Origin: Candidatus Spongiisociaceae bacterium
GTDB lineage: Bacteria > Actinomycetota > Acidimicrobiia > Spongiisociales > Spongiisociaceae
Length of the DNA: 64,000 nt
Assembly: GCA_965219685.1 (NCBI GenBank)
Contig: CBDCOH010000002.1
Span: 672,001 to 736,000, forward strand
Direction: 5' to 3'
In this document: positions 1-10,435 of the stretch, piece after piece
Numbering within the stretch: the stretch's first letter is position 1
Layout of the letters: the number at the start of each line of letters is the position of its first letter
The notes under the pieces: model-generated
What the model was told of the DNA's origin: nothing
What the model saw: only the letters and a program-made list of their open reading frames with translations
Databases searched by the model: none
Position numbers and translations under genes: made by a program

Positions 1-651
<651 letters not shown>

Positions 652-663
652 GGGCACATGATA

Positions 664-814
664 GGTAGTCGGTAGTCGGTAGTCGGTAGTCGGTAGTCGG
701 TTGGTACGGGCCGCCTTGGAGCGGAGTCAATGGGTTGGCGGTTGCCGAACCCCAAGAGTGATCGGGACGTTCCACTGACCACCCGGGACTACCGACTGGT
801 AACTACCAACTACT
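664..814. repeat. paired heptamer array: (GGTAGTC)x5 left arm, degenerate GACTACC/AACTACC right arm
   Basis: Five perfect GGTAGTC units at 664-698. GACTACC GACTGGT AACTACC AACTACT at 787-814 are in reverse-complement orientation. Confidence 0.9.
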
Positions 815-823
815 CTTTCCGCG

Positions 824-1582
824 GTGCTGATCGTGAGCGATGTACATGCGGCATTCGCCGAGTTGGCCCAGGTCGCCTCTTTCGGGGAGCCACTGCTGAT
901 TCTGGGTGACCTGCTGAACTTTGTCGATTACAGGACGGGGGCCGGGATTGCCGCTGATGTCTACGGCCGCGACCATGCTCTCGAGTTCATCCGCAACCGC
1001 AGCACCGGGGACTGGGATGCGAACCGGCGTCTATGGCGGCGGACGGTCGCCGGTCGCGCCGAGGAGTTGGCGGCCCGGACCCGCGAGGAGGTACTCCGCC
1101 AGTACGCAGCGGCCCGGACGGCTCTGATCGGCGCCGATGCCTATGTCATCTTCGGCAACGTTGACTGGCCCGAAGAGATGGACGCCTCCCTTTCGGGAAC
1201 CGTGCGGCTCGTCGATGGTCACGTGGTGGAGATCGACGGCTATTCCGTGGGCTTTGCGGGTGGGGGAGTGCCCACGCCCGCTCGGGCCCGCGGCGAGGTG
1301 TCGCACGAGAGCATGGCTGCCAAACTCGAGGCTCTCGGTCAGGTGGACATTCTCTGCACGCATGTGCCACCGTCCGTCGGTCCGCTCCATAGGGATGTCA
1401 TAACCGGTGCCATGGAGAGATCCTCGCCCGTCGTCCTTGACTACCTACACAGTTACCGGCCGCGCTATCACTACTTCGGTGATATCCATCAGCCGCAGGC
1501 CCACTCCTGGCGGGTGGGGACGACCATCTGCCGCAATGTCGGCTACTTCCGGGCGACGGCCAGGGCGGTGAGGCATTCCTGA
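824..1582 (+). CDS. calcineurin-like metallophosphoesterase
   Basis: Motifs SDVH, LGDL, FGNVD, THVPP and FGDIH. Confidence 0.9.
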   Translation: MLIVSDVHAAFAELAQVASFGEPLLILGDLLNFVDYRTGAGIAADVYGRDHALEFIRNRSTGDWDANRRLWRRTVAGRAEELAARTREEVLRQYAAARTALIGADAYVIFGNVDWPEEMDASLSGTVRLVDGHVVEIDGYSVGFAGGGVPTPARARGEVSHESMAAKLEALGQVDILCTHVPPSVGPLHRDVITGAMERSSPVVLDYLHSYRPRYHYFGDIHQPQAHSWRVGTTICRNVGYFRATARAVRHS

Positions 1583-1643
1583 CAGCGCTCCCGCAGACAG
1601 AGGCAACCGCGCGGGTCAACGAGCGTTCCCAGGACCGGACCAG

Positions 1644-4235
1644 TTGGGCCGCGGGGTGGTGGTGCCACCCGGTCATCCGGTGTCGATCGCCGGTCGTGTC
1701 CGGGTGCTGGTCGACCGTGGTCTGCTGGACGACGAGAACCGCTTGGCCGAAGCGGTCGAGATCCTGCATCAAGCGTGGGTTGCGCGAGAACGGGTCATCG
1801 TGGAGTTGGACGTCGACCAGGCGGAGCTCCGCCGCCCCGAGGTCGAGGAGTCTCCACCTTGGCTGCTCGGACCGGACTTCACGTTTCTGCGCGAACGGCT
1901 CCACTTCCTGGTCTGGGCCAACAATTGGGACCTCCGGAGCGGTGAGCCGATCTGGTGGTGGGCACGGAAGGCTGCTGCTCTCGGCGCGCCGCTGGACGAT
2001 CGCGCCGATGTCGATTTCGAGGGCACTCCGACCTGGGTGGATGGTGGACCCCGTGGTCCGCTCAGCCTCCCGGTGATACACGCTGAATCCGTGGAGACGG
2101 GCCGCCTCGCGCTTGTCCCGACAATGGTCGAGTCCGCCGACGACCTGGCCGACGACCAGCGGGCGGCGGTCAATCATCCCCGCGGGCCGGCGAGGATCAT
2201 CGCTCCGGCCGGGTCGGGCAAGACCAGGACGCTCAACGCGCGCCTGACCCATCTGGTCGATGGAAGGAGTGTCGAACCCTGGTTGGTGACGGCTGTTGCC
2301 TATAACAACCGCGCGGCGGCTGAGATGCGGACCCGGCTCGAGCGCGAGGACCTCCACATCCGTACCATCCATTCGCTGGGCTGGCGAATACTCCGGGAGG
2401 CACGACCCGGCGTCGACCTCCTCGACGAGCGAAGCGTCCGGACCCGGCTCCGTCGCTTGATTCCTCGCAAGCCCCGGCTCAACACGGACATCATCGGCCC
2501 TTACATCGAGGCTCTCTCCGATGTGAGGATCGCCCTTCGAGACCCGAATCAGGTCGAGCAGGACCGCGACGACGTTCCCGACTTCGCCCGGGTCCTCGCC
2601 GCCTACCGCCGACTTCTCAGCGAGCGCGACGAGGCTGACTACGACGAGCAGGTGTACGGCGCCATCGAGATGCTCCTCACGCGACCGGATCTCCGGCGCG
2701 CATGGCAGCGGCGCTGCCGTCACCTTCTTGTGGACGAGTTCCAGGACCTCACACCTGCCTACCTGCTCCTCATCCGCCTTCTGGCATCGCCGAGCCTTTC
2801 CGTCTTCGGGGTGGGGGACGACGATCAGACCATCTATGGATACGCCGGCGCCGATCCGGCGTTCCTGCTGGATTTCGATCGTTTATTCCCCGGCTCCGCA
2901 CTGCACGCCCTGGAAGTGAACTACCGGTCCCCGTCGGAGGTGGTCGAGGCGGCCGTTTCGCTCCTCGACAACAACCGCAGACGTATACCCAAGACGATTC
3001 GAGCGGTCGCGGAATCGCAGTCGGGGACCCTGCAGATCCTTGAGTTGCCCGACACGTCCGTGGCGGCCGACGCGGCCGAGAAGATCGTCGGATGGCTGTC
3101 AGATGGGGTCTCCCCGGGCGGGGTAGCGGTACTGGCCCGGGTCAACTCCGCCCTGCTCCCGATACTTGCCGGGCTGGACCTGGCCGGCGTCCCGCTGAGT
3201 TCACGAGTTGCACCTGGTCTGCTGGACCGGACCGTGATGCGGGCTGCGATGGCCTGGATCCGTCTGGCCTTGAACCCGGACGAGATGTGGCGCCAGGACC
3301 TGTTGGAAGCGGCTCGCCGTCCTTCCAGGAGGATCAATCGCCTCTCGGCCGAACTGGTGCCCGCCGGGGTGCCGGTCAACCTGAGCGGGCTGTCCCGCCT
3401 CGCCCGGCGCCTGGAGGGACGCCAGGCCGAGGCATGGTCAGGCTGGATCGACGACATCGGCCGGGTTGTGGACGCCGCCCGCGGCGGGGAGTCGGCCGCC
3501 GTTCTGGACGAACTGGTGGACGGCGTCGGGTTGGGCGGCGCGGCCGATCTGCTGGACCGGGGCCGCACCCGAGTCGACCGGGCCGCTCACTCCGACGATC
3601 TGGTCGCGCTCCGCCGGACCGCGGCCATCTACGCCGGACTCGCGGACTTCGAGGACCGGCTCCGTACGCTGCTGAACCGCCACTCGATGCCGGGCGATCC
3701 CTCCTCTGCAGGCGTGACCCTGTCCACGGTCCACCGCGTGAAGGGTATGGAGTGGGACCGGGTGGTCGTGTTCGGGGTGGAAGAGGGGCTCATGCCCCAC
3801 GCCCTGTCCGAGGACATAGAGGAGGAGCGGCGCGTGCTCCATGTCGCCATGACGAGAGGCCGCCACCGCGTTCTGGTTGTGGCTGACGCCGACCGGCCCT
3901 CGCGGTTCCTCGCCGAACTGAGGGGCGAGGCGGTCCCAGCGGTCCCGATTCCCGCGCACCCGGTCAAGCGCATCGTCGATTCCAGGTCCCGACCCGCTGC
4001 GCCTGTCGACGAGCGACTCCTGGAGAGGCTCAAGGCTTGGAGGTTGGGGGTCGCGAGGGAGCGCGGGGTCCCCGCATACGTGGTGTTCTGGGACCGGACC
4101 CTCGAGGAGATAGCCTCGACCCGTCCCCGCTCGGAGAGCGAGTTGTTGGAGGTGAGCGGCGTCGGTCCCGCCAAACTGGACGAGTACGGTGAGGATGTAC
4201 TGGAGTTGGTGCTGGCGTCGCCCGCGGCCATTTGA
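1644..4235 (+). CDS. UvrD/REP-family ATP-dependent DNA helicase with C-terminal HRDC domain (UvrD2-like) and N-terminal extension
   Basis: APAGSGKT (Walker A), VDEFQD, VGDDDQTIY, NYRS, TVHRVKGMEW and EEERRVLHVAMTR. HRDC: LKAWR...GVPAYVVF.DRTL..IA...GVGPAKL..YG. Start uncertain. Confidence 0.93.
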   Translation: MGRGVVVPPGHPVSIAGRVRVLVDRGLLDDENRLAEAVEILHQAWVARERVIVELDVDQAELRRPEVEESPPWLLGPDFTFLRERLHFLVWANNWDLRSGEPIWWWARKAAALGAPLDDRADVDFEGTPTWVDGGPRGPLSLPVIHAESVETGRLALVPTMVESADDLADDQRAAVNHPRGPARIIAPAGSGKTRTLNARLTHLVDGRSVEPWLVTAVAYNNRAAAEMRTRLEREDLHIRTIHSLGWRILREARPGVDLLDERSVRTRLRRLIPRKPRLNTDIIGPYIEALSDVRIALRDPNQVEQDRDDVPDFARVLAAYRRLLSERDEADYDEQVYGAIEMLLTRPDLRRAWQRRCRHLLVDEFQDLTPAYLLLIRLLASPSLSVFGVGDDDQTIYGYAGADPAFLLDFDRLFPGSALHALEVNYRSPSEVVEAAVSLLDNNRRRIPKTIRAVAESQSGTLQILELPDTSVAADAAEKIVGWLSDGVSPGGVAVLARVNSALLPILAGLDLAGVPLSSRVAPGLLDRTVMRAAMAWIRLALNPDEMWRQDLLEAARRPSRRINRLSAELVPAGVPVNLSGLSRLARRLEGRQAEAWSGWIDDIGRVVDAARGGESAAVLDELVDGVGLGGAADLLDRGRTRVDRAAHSDDLVALRRTAAIYAGLADFEDRLRTLLNRHSMPGDPSSAGVTLSTVHRVKGMEWDRVVVFGVEEGLMPHALSEDIEEERRVLHVAMTRGRHRVLVVADADRPSRFLAELRGEAVPAVPIPAHPVKRIVDSRSRPAAPVDERLLERLKAWRLGVARERGVPAYVVFWDRTLEEIASTRPRSESELLEVSGVGPAKLDEYGEDVLELVLASPAAI

Positions 4236-4324
4236 CGGGGACCCGGCGGTGCTCGAGTACCGGCGAGCGAGACGAGAGAACGATCTCGGCGGGCCCACCT
4301 TCCAAGGCTGGGAAACGACGTGAT

Positions 4325-4375
4325 CTAACGCTAACCACCGACTACCGACTAGAGACTAGGAGCTAATCATCTAGC
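4325..4375. repeat. degenerate C-rich heptamer array (CCGACTA CCGACTA GAGACTA GGAGCTA)
   Basis: Period-7 pattern; its reverse complement contains GGTAGTC. Confidence 0.7.
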
Positions 4376-4473
4376 GTCCGGATCCCCTCCCGAGCGGAAG
4401 CATATCGTCGGGGCTGGACGCGTCGGGATTGTTTTCAACTACCCTGGGACGGAACCGTCGGGATGGGAGCAGG

Positions 4474-4929
4474 GTGGCGGAGGCGACCGTTCAAACCATC
4501 GAGATCGATGCCTCACCGAGTGCCTGTTTCGAGGTGGCAGCCGACTTGAGCGCCTATCCCGAATGGGCTACCGAGATCCGGCATGTCAAGATCCACGAGC
4601 GAGACGGGGACGGCAGGCCAGGCCGGGTCACGCTCACCATCGATGCGATGATCCGCCAGGTGAAAACTACCCTGCGGTACCGGTACGAGTATCCCCGCTC
4701 CATGTCGTGGACCGCCGAGCCCGGCGCCGACATCGTGGACCTGGAAGGCTCTTACGAGTTCCACCCCGTCGGTGAGGGAACCTCGGTCGTCTACGCGCTG
4801 CGTGTCGTTCCGTCCTTCGACATTCCAGGTTTTCTGAGGCGCCAGGCGGAGAAGCAGTTGGTGGGAACTGCGCTGCGGGGCCTCAGGAAGCGGGTCCAGG
4901 GGATTTCCCCCGCGGTAGGTGCCCACTGA
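4474..4929 (+). CDS. SRPBCC (polyketide cyclase/dehydrase-like) family protein
   Basis: IEIDASP..CFEVAADL.AYPEW and LEGSYEF...GTSVVY.L.V. GTG start at 4474 follows GGGAG. Confidence 0.85.
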   Translation: MAEATVQTIEIDASPSACFEVAADLSAYPEWATEIRHVKIHERDGDGRPGRVTLTIDAMIRQVKTTLRYRYEYPRSMSWTAEPGADIVDLEGSYEFHPVGEGTSVVYALRVVPSFDIPGFLRRQAEKQLVGTALRGLRKRVQGISPAVGAH

Positions 4930-5084
4930 TCGAGCGTCCGCCACCCCGCGCCGAACGTATGCCCAAGACGCGCCCGTTCCGGCGCGCTCGGCGCCGGAAC
5001 GGGGATGCCGGACTATGGATAGCGAGGAGGGCTGGGTCGGATGCTATCCACTTGTTGTCCGGCCGCTTGCCGACCTGCCGGACC

Positions 5085-5537
5085 TCAGTCTCCGGCAGGT
5101 TCGATCGGGATGGCTCGGGGAGCCACATCCGGGCGTTTCCGGAGCACGACCTCCAGGATCCCGTCGCTGAAGGTGGCCTCGACCTCGTTGGAGTCGAGGT
5201 CCTCGCCGACCCGGATCGAGCGGGAGAAGCTGCCTTCGACCAACTCTTGGAGACGGTAGGCCGCGCCCTCCGGGAGAACAGGCGAACGTGTGCCCCTGAC
5301 GGTGAGAAGGTTGTCGTCCAGCGTCACCTCCAGGTCCTCCGACCGGAACCCGGCGAGCCCGTAGCGAATCGTCAGCGAGTCGTCCGACTCGATGATGTCC
5401 ACTCCAGGTAGCCGAGCGGGCTGGGCGATGCGTCCTTCCCGAAAGCCGAAGCGGTATCCACTCGGCCGGGGTAGAGCTCCGAACAGGGCCTCCACATCAT
5501 GGGCGAGTCTGAACGGTCTGGTACGTACTAGGTGCAT
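5085..5537 (-). CDS. Hsp20/alpha-crystallin small heat shock protein
   Basis: VDIIES....LAGF..EDLEVTL..NLLTVRG, GSFSRSI and VEATFSDGILEV.L. ATG at 5537 follows a GAGAGG RBS. Confidence 0.92.
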   Translation of the reverse strand: MHLVRTRPFRLAHDVEALFGALPRPSGYRFGFREGRIAQPARLPGVDIIESDDSLTIRYGLAGFRSEDLEVTLDDNLLTVRGTRSPVLPEGAAYRLQELVEGSFSRSIRVGEDLDSNEVEATFSDGILEVVLRKRPDVAPRAIPIEPAGD

Positions 5538-5601
5538 GTTTATACCTCTCTCGGGCTCGTCGGCGATGGGCAGCGAGCCGATCGCCGGGTTGCAGTCATA
5601 T

Positions 5602-5626
5602 AATCTAAGGTATAAAGACTCAGATT
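5602..5626 (-). promoter_or_regulatory. HAIR-like (HspR operator-like) inverted repeat upstream of hsp20
   Basis: The minus strand reads AATCTGAGT-N7-CCTTAGATT, against the HAIR consensus CTTGAGT-N7-ACTCAAG. It lies in an AT-rich patch about 65 bp upstream of the hsp20 ATG. Confidence 0.6.
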
Positions 5627-5801
5627 TATTCCAGCACCGAACCGCGTTTCTGCCGGAATCGTTCGGGGGCGCGGGTTTCAGGGCCGGTTGTGAGCCGATC
5701 CGCGGTGGTCCTTCGGCGGCCCGCCGTCGTGACCCGCACTCGTTCCAGATCTCCATCTCTTTTTTACTGTGCTACATATGCGAGTGAGAATGGCCCCGGT
5801 G

Positions 5802-6743
5802 ATGGATCACGGTTCAGATCTCACCCTCGGCATAGATCTGGGTGGGAACAAGATGGCCTTGGCGCATGTGGATGCTGCCGGCAATATCGTCGGCTTCAGG
5901 TCGATGCCCAGACCCGCGACTGCGGACGCGATGGACATCGTTCCGGTGGAGGCGGCTCTGTCCATGCTGACGCCGAGCGTGAAGGCGATCGGTATCGGAG
6001 CGGCCGGATTGGTCAAGGCGCACGAAGGGGTACTGGTCTGGGGACCCAACGTCGAGGGCAAGGAGGTCCGCTTCCGCGAGATCTTCGAAGAGCGCCTTGG
6101 TCTACCCACTGTTGTGGACAACGATGCGAATGTGTCCGGCTTGGCAGAGGTTCGCGTGGGCGCAGCGCGCGGCTACCAGCACGTCTGCATGATCACTCTC
6201 GGTACCGGTATCGGCGGCAGCTGGGTCATCGATGGCCGGCCCTACCGGGGCCGCGCGTTCGCGGGAGAGATCGGGCACATGCCGGTGGACGTGGGCGGGC
6301 CACGCTGCACCTGTGGCCAGCAGGGATGTTGGGAGACGTTCGCGTCCGGCCGCCGCCTCGACCAGATGGCACGGGACCTGGTAGCCACGCGACCGGACGG
6401 GTTGGTCGCCAAACTGGCGGACGGTTCCATTCCGGAGGGTCAGCACCTGACGCGGGCCGCCATGGAGGGGGATCCCGATGCGGTCGAATCCCTCAAGGAG
6501 ATGGCGTGGTGGTTGGGTTTGGGAATCGCTGGGCTGGTGGCCGCGTTCGATCCCGAGGTAGTGGTGATCGGAGGCGGGGTGTCGCGCGCCGGGGATCTCT
6601 TCCTCGATGAGACCAGGGAGGCCTTTGAAGGGGCATTGGAGGGTGCGGATCACAGGGAACCGACCCCCATCGTATGCGCGGCCCTTGGCGAGCACGCCGG
6701 GGTGATCGGGGCCGGTCTCTACGCAAGGGAGTGCCTGTTGTGA
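5802..6743 (+). CDS. ROK family sugar kinase (glucokinase-like)
   Basis: GIDLGG, DNDAN, TLGTGIGG and GEIGH...CTCGQQGCWE (Zn-binding ROK motif). No HTH. Confidence 0.92.
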   Translation: MDHGSDLTLGIDLGGNKMALAHVDAAGNIVGFRSMPRPATADAMDIVPVEAALSMLTPSVKAIGIGAAGLVKAHEGVLVWGPNVEGKEVRFREIFEERLGLPTVVDNDANVSGLAEVRVGAARGYQHVCMITLGTGIGGSWVIDGRPYRGRAFAGEIGHMPVDVGGPRCTCGQQGCWETFASGRRLDQMARDLVATRPDGLVAKLADGSIPEGQHLTRAAMEGDPDAVESLKEMAWWLGLGIAGLVAAFDPEVVVIGGGVSRAGDLFLDETREAFEGALEGADHREPTPIVCAALGEHAGVIGAGLYARECLL

Positions 6744-7147
6744 TGGAAGGGTGGCTCGAGAGGGTGCTCCCCGACGAGGCAAAGCGCGAGCAGGTACGCA
6801 AGGTTGTAATGATCCTGCCGAATCTGACCAAGTTGCTGGTGCGCCTTGCGAGGGATCCGAGGGTGCCGGCCAGGGCGAAGGTATTCGCGGCCGGGGCAGC
6901 TGTCTACGCGATCTCGCCGATCGATCTCGTACCCGACTTCATCCCGCTGATCGGCCGGACCGACGACCTTGTGGTGGTTGCGCTGGCCTTGGACTACCTC
7001 GTCGAGGAAGCCGGTGTCGCGGTGGTGCGGGAGCACTGGGACGGTCCCGACGAGGTTCTGTCCCTGATAGTCGACGTGGTCGGCATGGTGGCGGGAGTGG
7101 TGCCGCGTCCCGTGCGGATCGCCATCAACCGGTACCTCAGGGGATAG
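6743..7147 (+). CDS. DUF1232 (YkvA-like) membrane protein
   Basis: DPRVP..AK......Y.ISPIDLVPDFIPLIG.TDD. TGATG overlap with the ROK gene. Confidence 0.88.
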   Translation: MEGWLERVLPDEAKREQVRKVVMILPNLTKLLVRLARDPRVPARAKVFAAGAAVYAISPIDLVPDFIPLIGRTDDLVVVALALDYLVEEAGVAVVREHWDGPDEVLSLIVDVVGMVAGVVPRPVRIAINRYLRG

Positions 7148-7180
7148 CCGAGTCGGATTGCCCGTTCCGAGATGAGTTGT

Positions 7181-7222
7181 TTGCTAGCCGGTAGTCAGTA
7201 GTTGTGATCGTCGGTTATCGTT
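7181..7222. repeat. degenerate G-rich heptamer array (CTAGCCG GTAGTCA GTAGTTG)
   Basis: Period-7 units, identical to those at 17635-17660. Confidence 0.7.
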
Positions 7223-7374
7223 GCGTCGGGTCGTTTCCGGCCTCCATGACGGGCAAGGTGCCTCAAGGGCATCAGAACTCGGTTCGTCCCGCACGTGCGC
7301 CATACCCCTTCCGGCGCCGCAATCGGTCACCCTTATAATGGGGCATCTGTTGGGGTGCCTGGGATAGACCTGTA

Positions 7375-9015
7375 ATGAACTACGGCCTGCATGATCTCCG
7401 GGGGGACTTGTTCGGGGGCCTTACTGCGGCAGTGGTCGGGTTACCCGTGGCTCTGGCATTCGGTGTCGTCTCGGGTCTCGGCGCGCTGGCCGGTATGTAC
7501 GGGGCGATCGCAGTGGGCTTCTTCGCTGCGGTATTCGGGGGAACGCGTTCACAGATATCAGGTCCCACGGGACCCATGGCCGTGGCGATGGCGGTCATCG
7601 TGGCCAGTTACGCGGACAACCTCGCCGAGGCATTCGCGATCGCCATCATGGCGGGTCTGATCCAGATCCTCCTCGGCGTCGTCGGCATCGGAAGGTTCGT
7701 CGCGTACACGCCTTACTCGGTCATCTCCGGCTTCATGTCCGGGATCGGCTTGATCATCATCATCCTTCAGATGCTGCCCTTCCTCGGCGCCGAAGTGCAG
7801 GGTGGAGGGCCCATGGGCGCCATCAGGGCTCTGCCGGATGCGGTGCGCCACCTGAACGTGCAGGCGTTCGCGATTGCCGCGGTCACCCTGGCGGTGGGCG
7901 TGATGTGGCCGAGGCGTCTCCGCAAGGTGCTCCCTCCGACTCTGGCGGCTCTGGTGGTCGGTACGCTGCTGGGGGTACTCTGGCTGACCGACATCCGCGT
8001 GATCGGAGAGGTTCCAACCGGTCTGCCCACGCTCATCCGGCCTCCTGTATCCGCGGACCTCATTGTCCGCGCCCTGCAACCGGCTCTGACTCTTGCGCTG
8101 CTGGGTTCGATCGATAGCCTGCTCACCTCCCTCATAGCCGATTCCATGACCCGGACCCGGCACAAGCCGAACCGGGAGTTGATAGGTCAGGGCATCGGGA
8201 ACATGGCCGCCGGATTCATCGGGGGTCTGCCAGGCGCCGGGGCGACCTTGGGTACGGTCGTCAACCTGCGAGCCGGGGGGCGCACACCGGTCTCCGGAGC
8301 TATACGTGCGTTCATCCTGTTGGCGTTGGTACTCGGCCTGGGCAGGCATGTGGAGGCGATACCGCAGGCGGTCCTGGCCGGAATCCTGATGAAGGTCGGA
8401 TGGGACATCATCGACTGGCGTTTCCTCACCCGTCTCGGTCGCCTCCAGCGTGACCACGTCCTGGTGATGGTCGTAACCCTCGGTTTGACGGTTTTCCTGG
8501 ATCTCATAACCGCGGTCGTCATCGGTCTCATAGTTGCGGGGATGGTGGCGGCGAGACAGTTCGAACGCCTCGAGTTGGACAGTGTCATATCGGTCCCGCT
8601 CCTGGACCAAGCCTTCCTGCAGGACGCCGACGTGGACGACTTCTCGGCCCGGGTCGGCCTCGTGGCGCTCAGGGGTACCTTCACCGTTGCCTCCGCGAGC
8701 AAGATGATCACCACGATCAGCGTCGATATCAGGGACCACGAGGTCGTCATACTCGACTTCAGGCAGACGGTATACGTCGACGACAGTGCCGCCCTGGTCG
8801 TCGAGCAGTTGGTGGATTCGGCGATCGCGGAGGATACGGACTGCATCGTGATGGGTCTCGGTGGCGCACCGGCGGCGGTACTCGATGCTCTCGACGCCCT
8901 CGACAAGGTCCCCGGCGACCGGATCGTCGCAACCATGGACGACGCGAGGGGGATTGCGCGACAGATCCTCGCAAGTCGAGACGAGCGGGAGCACTCGGAC
9001 ACCCTGGATCGGTGA
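7375..9015 (+). CDS. SulP/SLC26 anion transporter with STAS domain (BicA-like)
   Basis: GDLFGGLTAAVV.LP.ALAFG..SG and SGPTGPM, many TM helices, C-terminal STAS (VVILDF...YVDDSA). TATAAT at 7334-7339 upstream. Confidence 0.93.
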   Translation: MNYGLHDLRGDLFGGLTAAVVGLPVALAFGVVSGLGALAGMYGAIAVGFFAAVFGGTRSQISGPTGPMAVAMAVIVASYADNLAEAFAIAIMAGLIQILLGVVGIGRFVAYTPYSVISGFMSGIGLIIIILQMLPFLGAEVQGGGPMGAIRALPDAVRHLNVQAFAIAAVTLAVGVMWPRRLRKVLPPTLAALVVGTLLGVLWLTDIRVIGEVPTGLPTLIRPPVSADLIVRALQPALTLALLGSIDSLLTSLIADSMTRTRHKPNRELIGQGIGNMAAGFIGGLPGAGATLGTVVNLRAGGRTPVSGAIRAFILLALVLGLGRHVEAIPQAVLAGILMKVGWDIIDWRFLTRLGRLQRDHVLVMVVTLGLTVFLDLITAVVIGLIVAGMVAARQFERLELDSVISVPLLDQAFLQDADVDDFSARVGLVALRGTFTVASASKMITTISVDIRDHEVVILDFRQTVYVDDSAALVVEQLVDSAIAEDTDCIVMGLGGAPAAVLDALDALDKVPGDRIVATMDDARGIARQILASRDEREHSDTLDR

Positions 9016-9167
9016 TACCGGCCTGCGCGTCTCTCGCTGGAGGTCGATGTGACCGGGTCAGTTGCCGGGTCGTTGGTCCGCCGACGGGGGAGGTGCGGCC
9101 GTCACCACCCGATACCATGCCCTCGGTGTTACTCCGGTTACCGGGCCGCTGAACCGCCGAGCGACCA

Positions 9168-10376
9168 TTGACGCGTCCCGATACCAACCCGCTCAGGTCC
9201 TTCCGCGAGCCCAACGTCCGCATCTTCTTCTCGGGCCTTGCCACCTCCGGGATCGGGATGTGGGCCGAGACGACCGCGGTGGTGCTCCTGGTCCGTGAGC
9301 TGGGAGGGCAGGGCCTCGAACTCGGGATCGTGACGGCCTGCCAGTTCTTGCCGTTGATGCTGCTGGGTCTGTACGCGGGGGCGGTCGCCGACCGGTCTGA
9401 TCGGCGGAGGCTGCTCATCATCGTCCAAGCCTTCATGGGTGTCGAGGCGGTGTTGCTCGGCCTGGTGGATCTGGCGGACCTGGAGACCCTACCGATCGTC
9501 TACTTCCTGTCCCTTGTATCGGGAACGCTTCACGCGTTCAGCAACCCGGTTCGGAGAACCCTGTCAACGGAACTGGTACCCGACATTCACCTGGCCAACG
9601 TTGTCTCGCTTGGTACCTCGGTGATCACAGGATCAAGGATCGTGGGTCCGGCGGTCGCCGCGCTGATGGCCGCTCGACTCGGGACGGGCTTGGTCTTTGT
9701 GGCGGCGGCCGCTTCCCACATCGTATTCCTGATCGCGATCACCAGGATGGATACCGGTCGCTTCCATCCCCTGAAGCCCGGGCCGCCCTCCCGCACTCCC
9801 ATCCGCGACGGGTTGAGAGAGGTGTGGGGCAAGCGGTCGCTGCGGGTCGTGCTGGTGGTCTTCGGGGTTGTATCGACGGTCGCTCTGAACTTCCAGGTCG
9901 GGTTCCCACTGCTGGTCGCAGACCGCCTTATGGAGGATGAGGTGGCGTTCGGCTGGCTCCTCTCGGCGATGAGCGTGGGCAACGTGATGGGCGCCCTGGT
10001 CACGGCGCGCCTCACTTCCGTGTCCGTCTCGTGGTCGTTCGGGACTGCGGCAGCAGTGGCGGTGACGCTGGGAACAGTGGCGCTCGCGCCCAACACCTTC
10101 ATGGCCTTCGTTTTCGCTGTTCCTCTCGGGATGTCCACGGCAGCCTTCGTCACCTCCTCCACACTCGTCATCCAGCAGCGGACCGACCCGGGTATGCGCA
10201 GCAGGGTGCTGGCTCTGACCACCGTACTCTTCCTCGGCTCGAAACCGCTGGGAGGGCCGATCACCGGTCTGGTGGGAGACGCGGCAGGGGCGCTCTGGGC
10301 GAACCTGTACGGCGCGGTGGTGGCTGCCGCGGCGGTCGCGGTTGCCCTGTTGTACTCAAGAGTGGTGCGTGGGTGA
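9168..10376 (+). CDS. MFS transporter
   Basis: About 12 TM segments, motif A G.VADRSDRRR, and RIVGPAVA. Confidence 0.9.
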   Translation: MTRPDTNPLRSFREPNVRIFFSGLATSGIGMWAETTAVVLLVRELGGQGLELGIVTACQFLPLMLLGLYAGAVADRSDRRRLLIIVQAFMGVEAVLLGLVDLADLETLPIVYFLSLVSGTLHAFSNPVRRTLSTELVPDIHLANVVSLGTSVITGSRIVGPAVAALMAARLGTGLVFVAAAASHIVFLIAITRMDTGRFHPLKPGPPSRTPIRDGLREVWGKRSLRVVLVVFGVVSTVALNFQVGFPLLVADRLMEDEVAFGWLLSAMSVGNVMGALVTARLTSVSVSWSFGTAAAVAVTLGTVALAPNTFMAFVFAVPLGMSTAAFVTSSTLVIQQRTDPGMRSRVLALTTVLFLGSKPLGGPITGLVGDAAGALWANLYGAVVAAAAVAVALLYSRVVRG

Positions 10377-10398
10377 CTGGTGAGTCCACCATCCACCA
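10372..10398. repeat. minimal paired heptamer locus GGTGACT GGTGAGT / CCACC ATCCACC
   Basis: The MFS stop TGA (10374-10376) lies inside the first unit, and the inverted C-rich arm follows directly. Confidence 0.65.
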
Positions 10399-10435
10399 GG
10401 TAACTATTACGCGTCCGAGGTGGTCGAACAACTTC

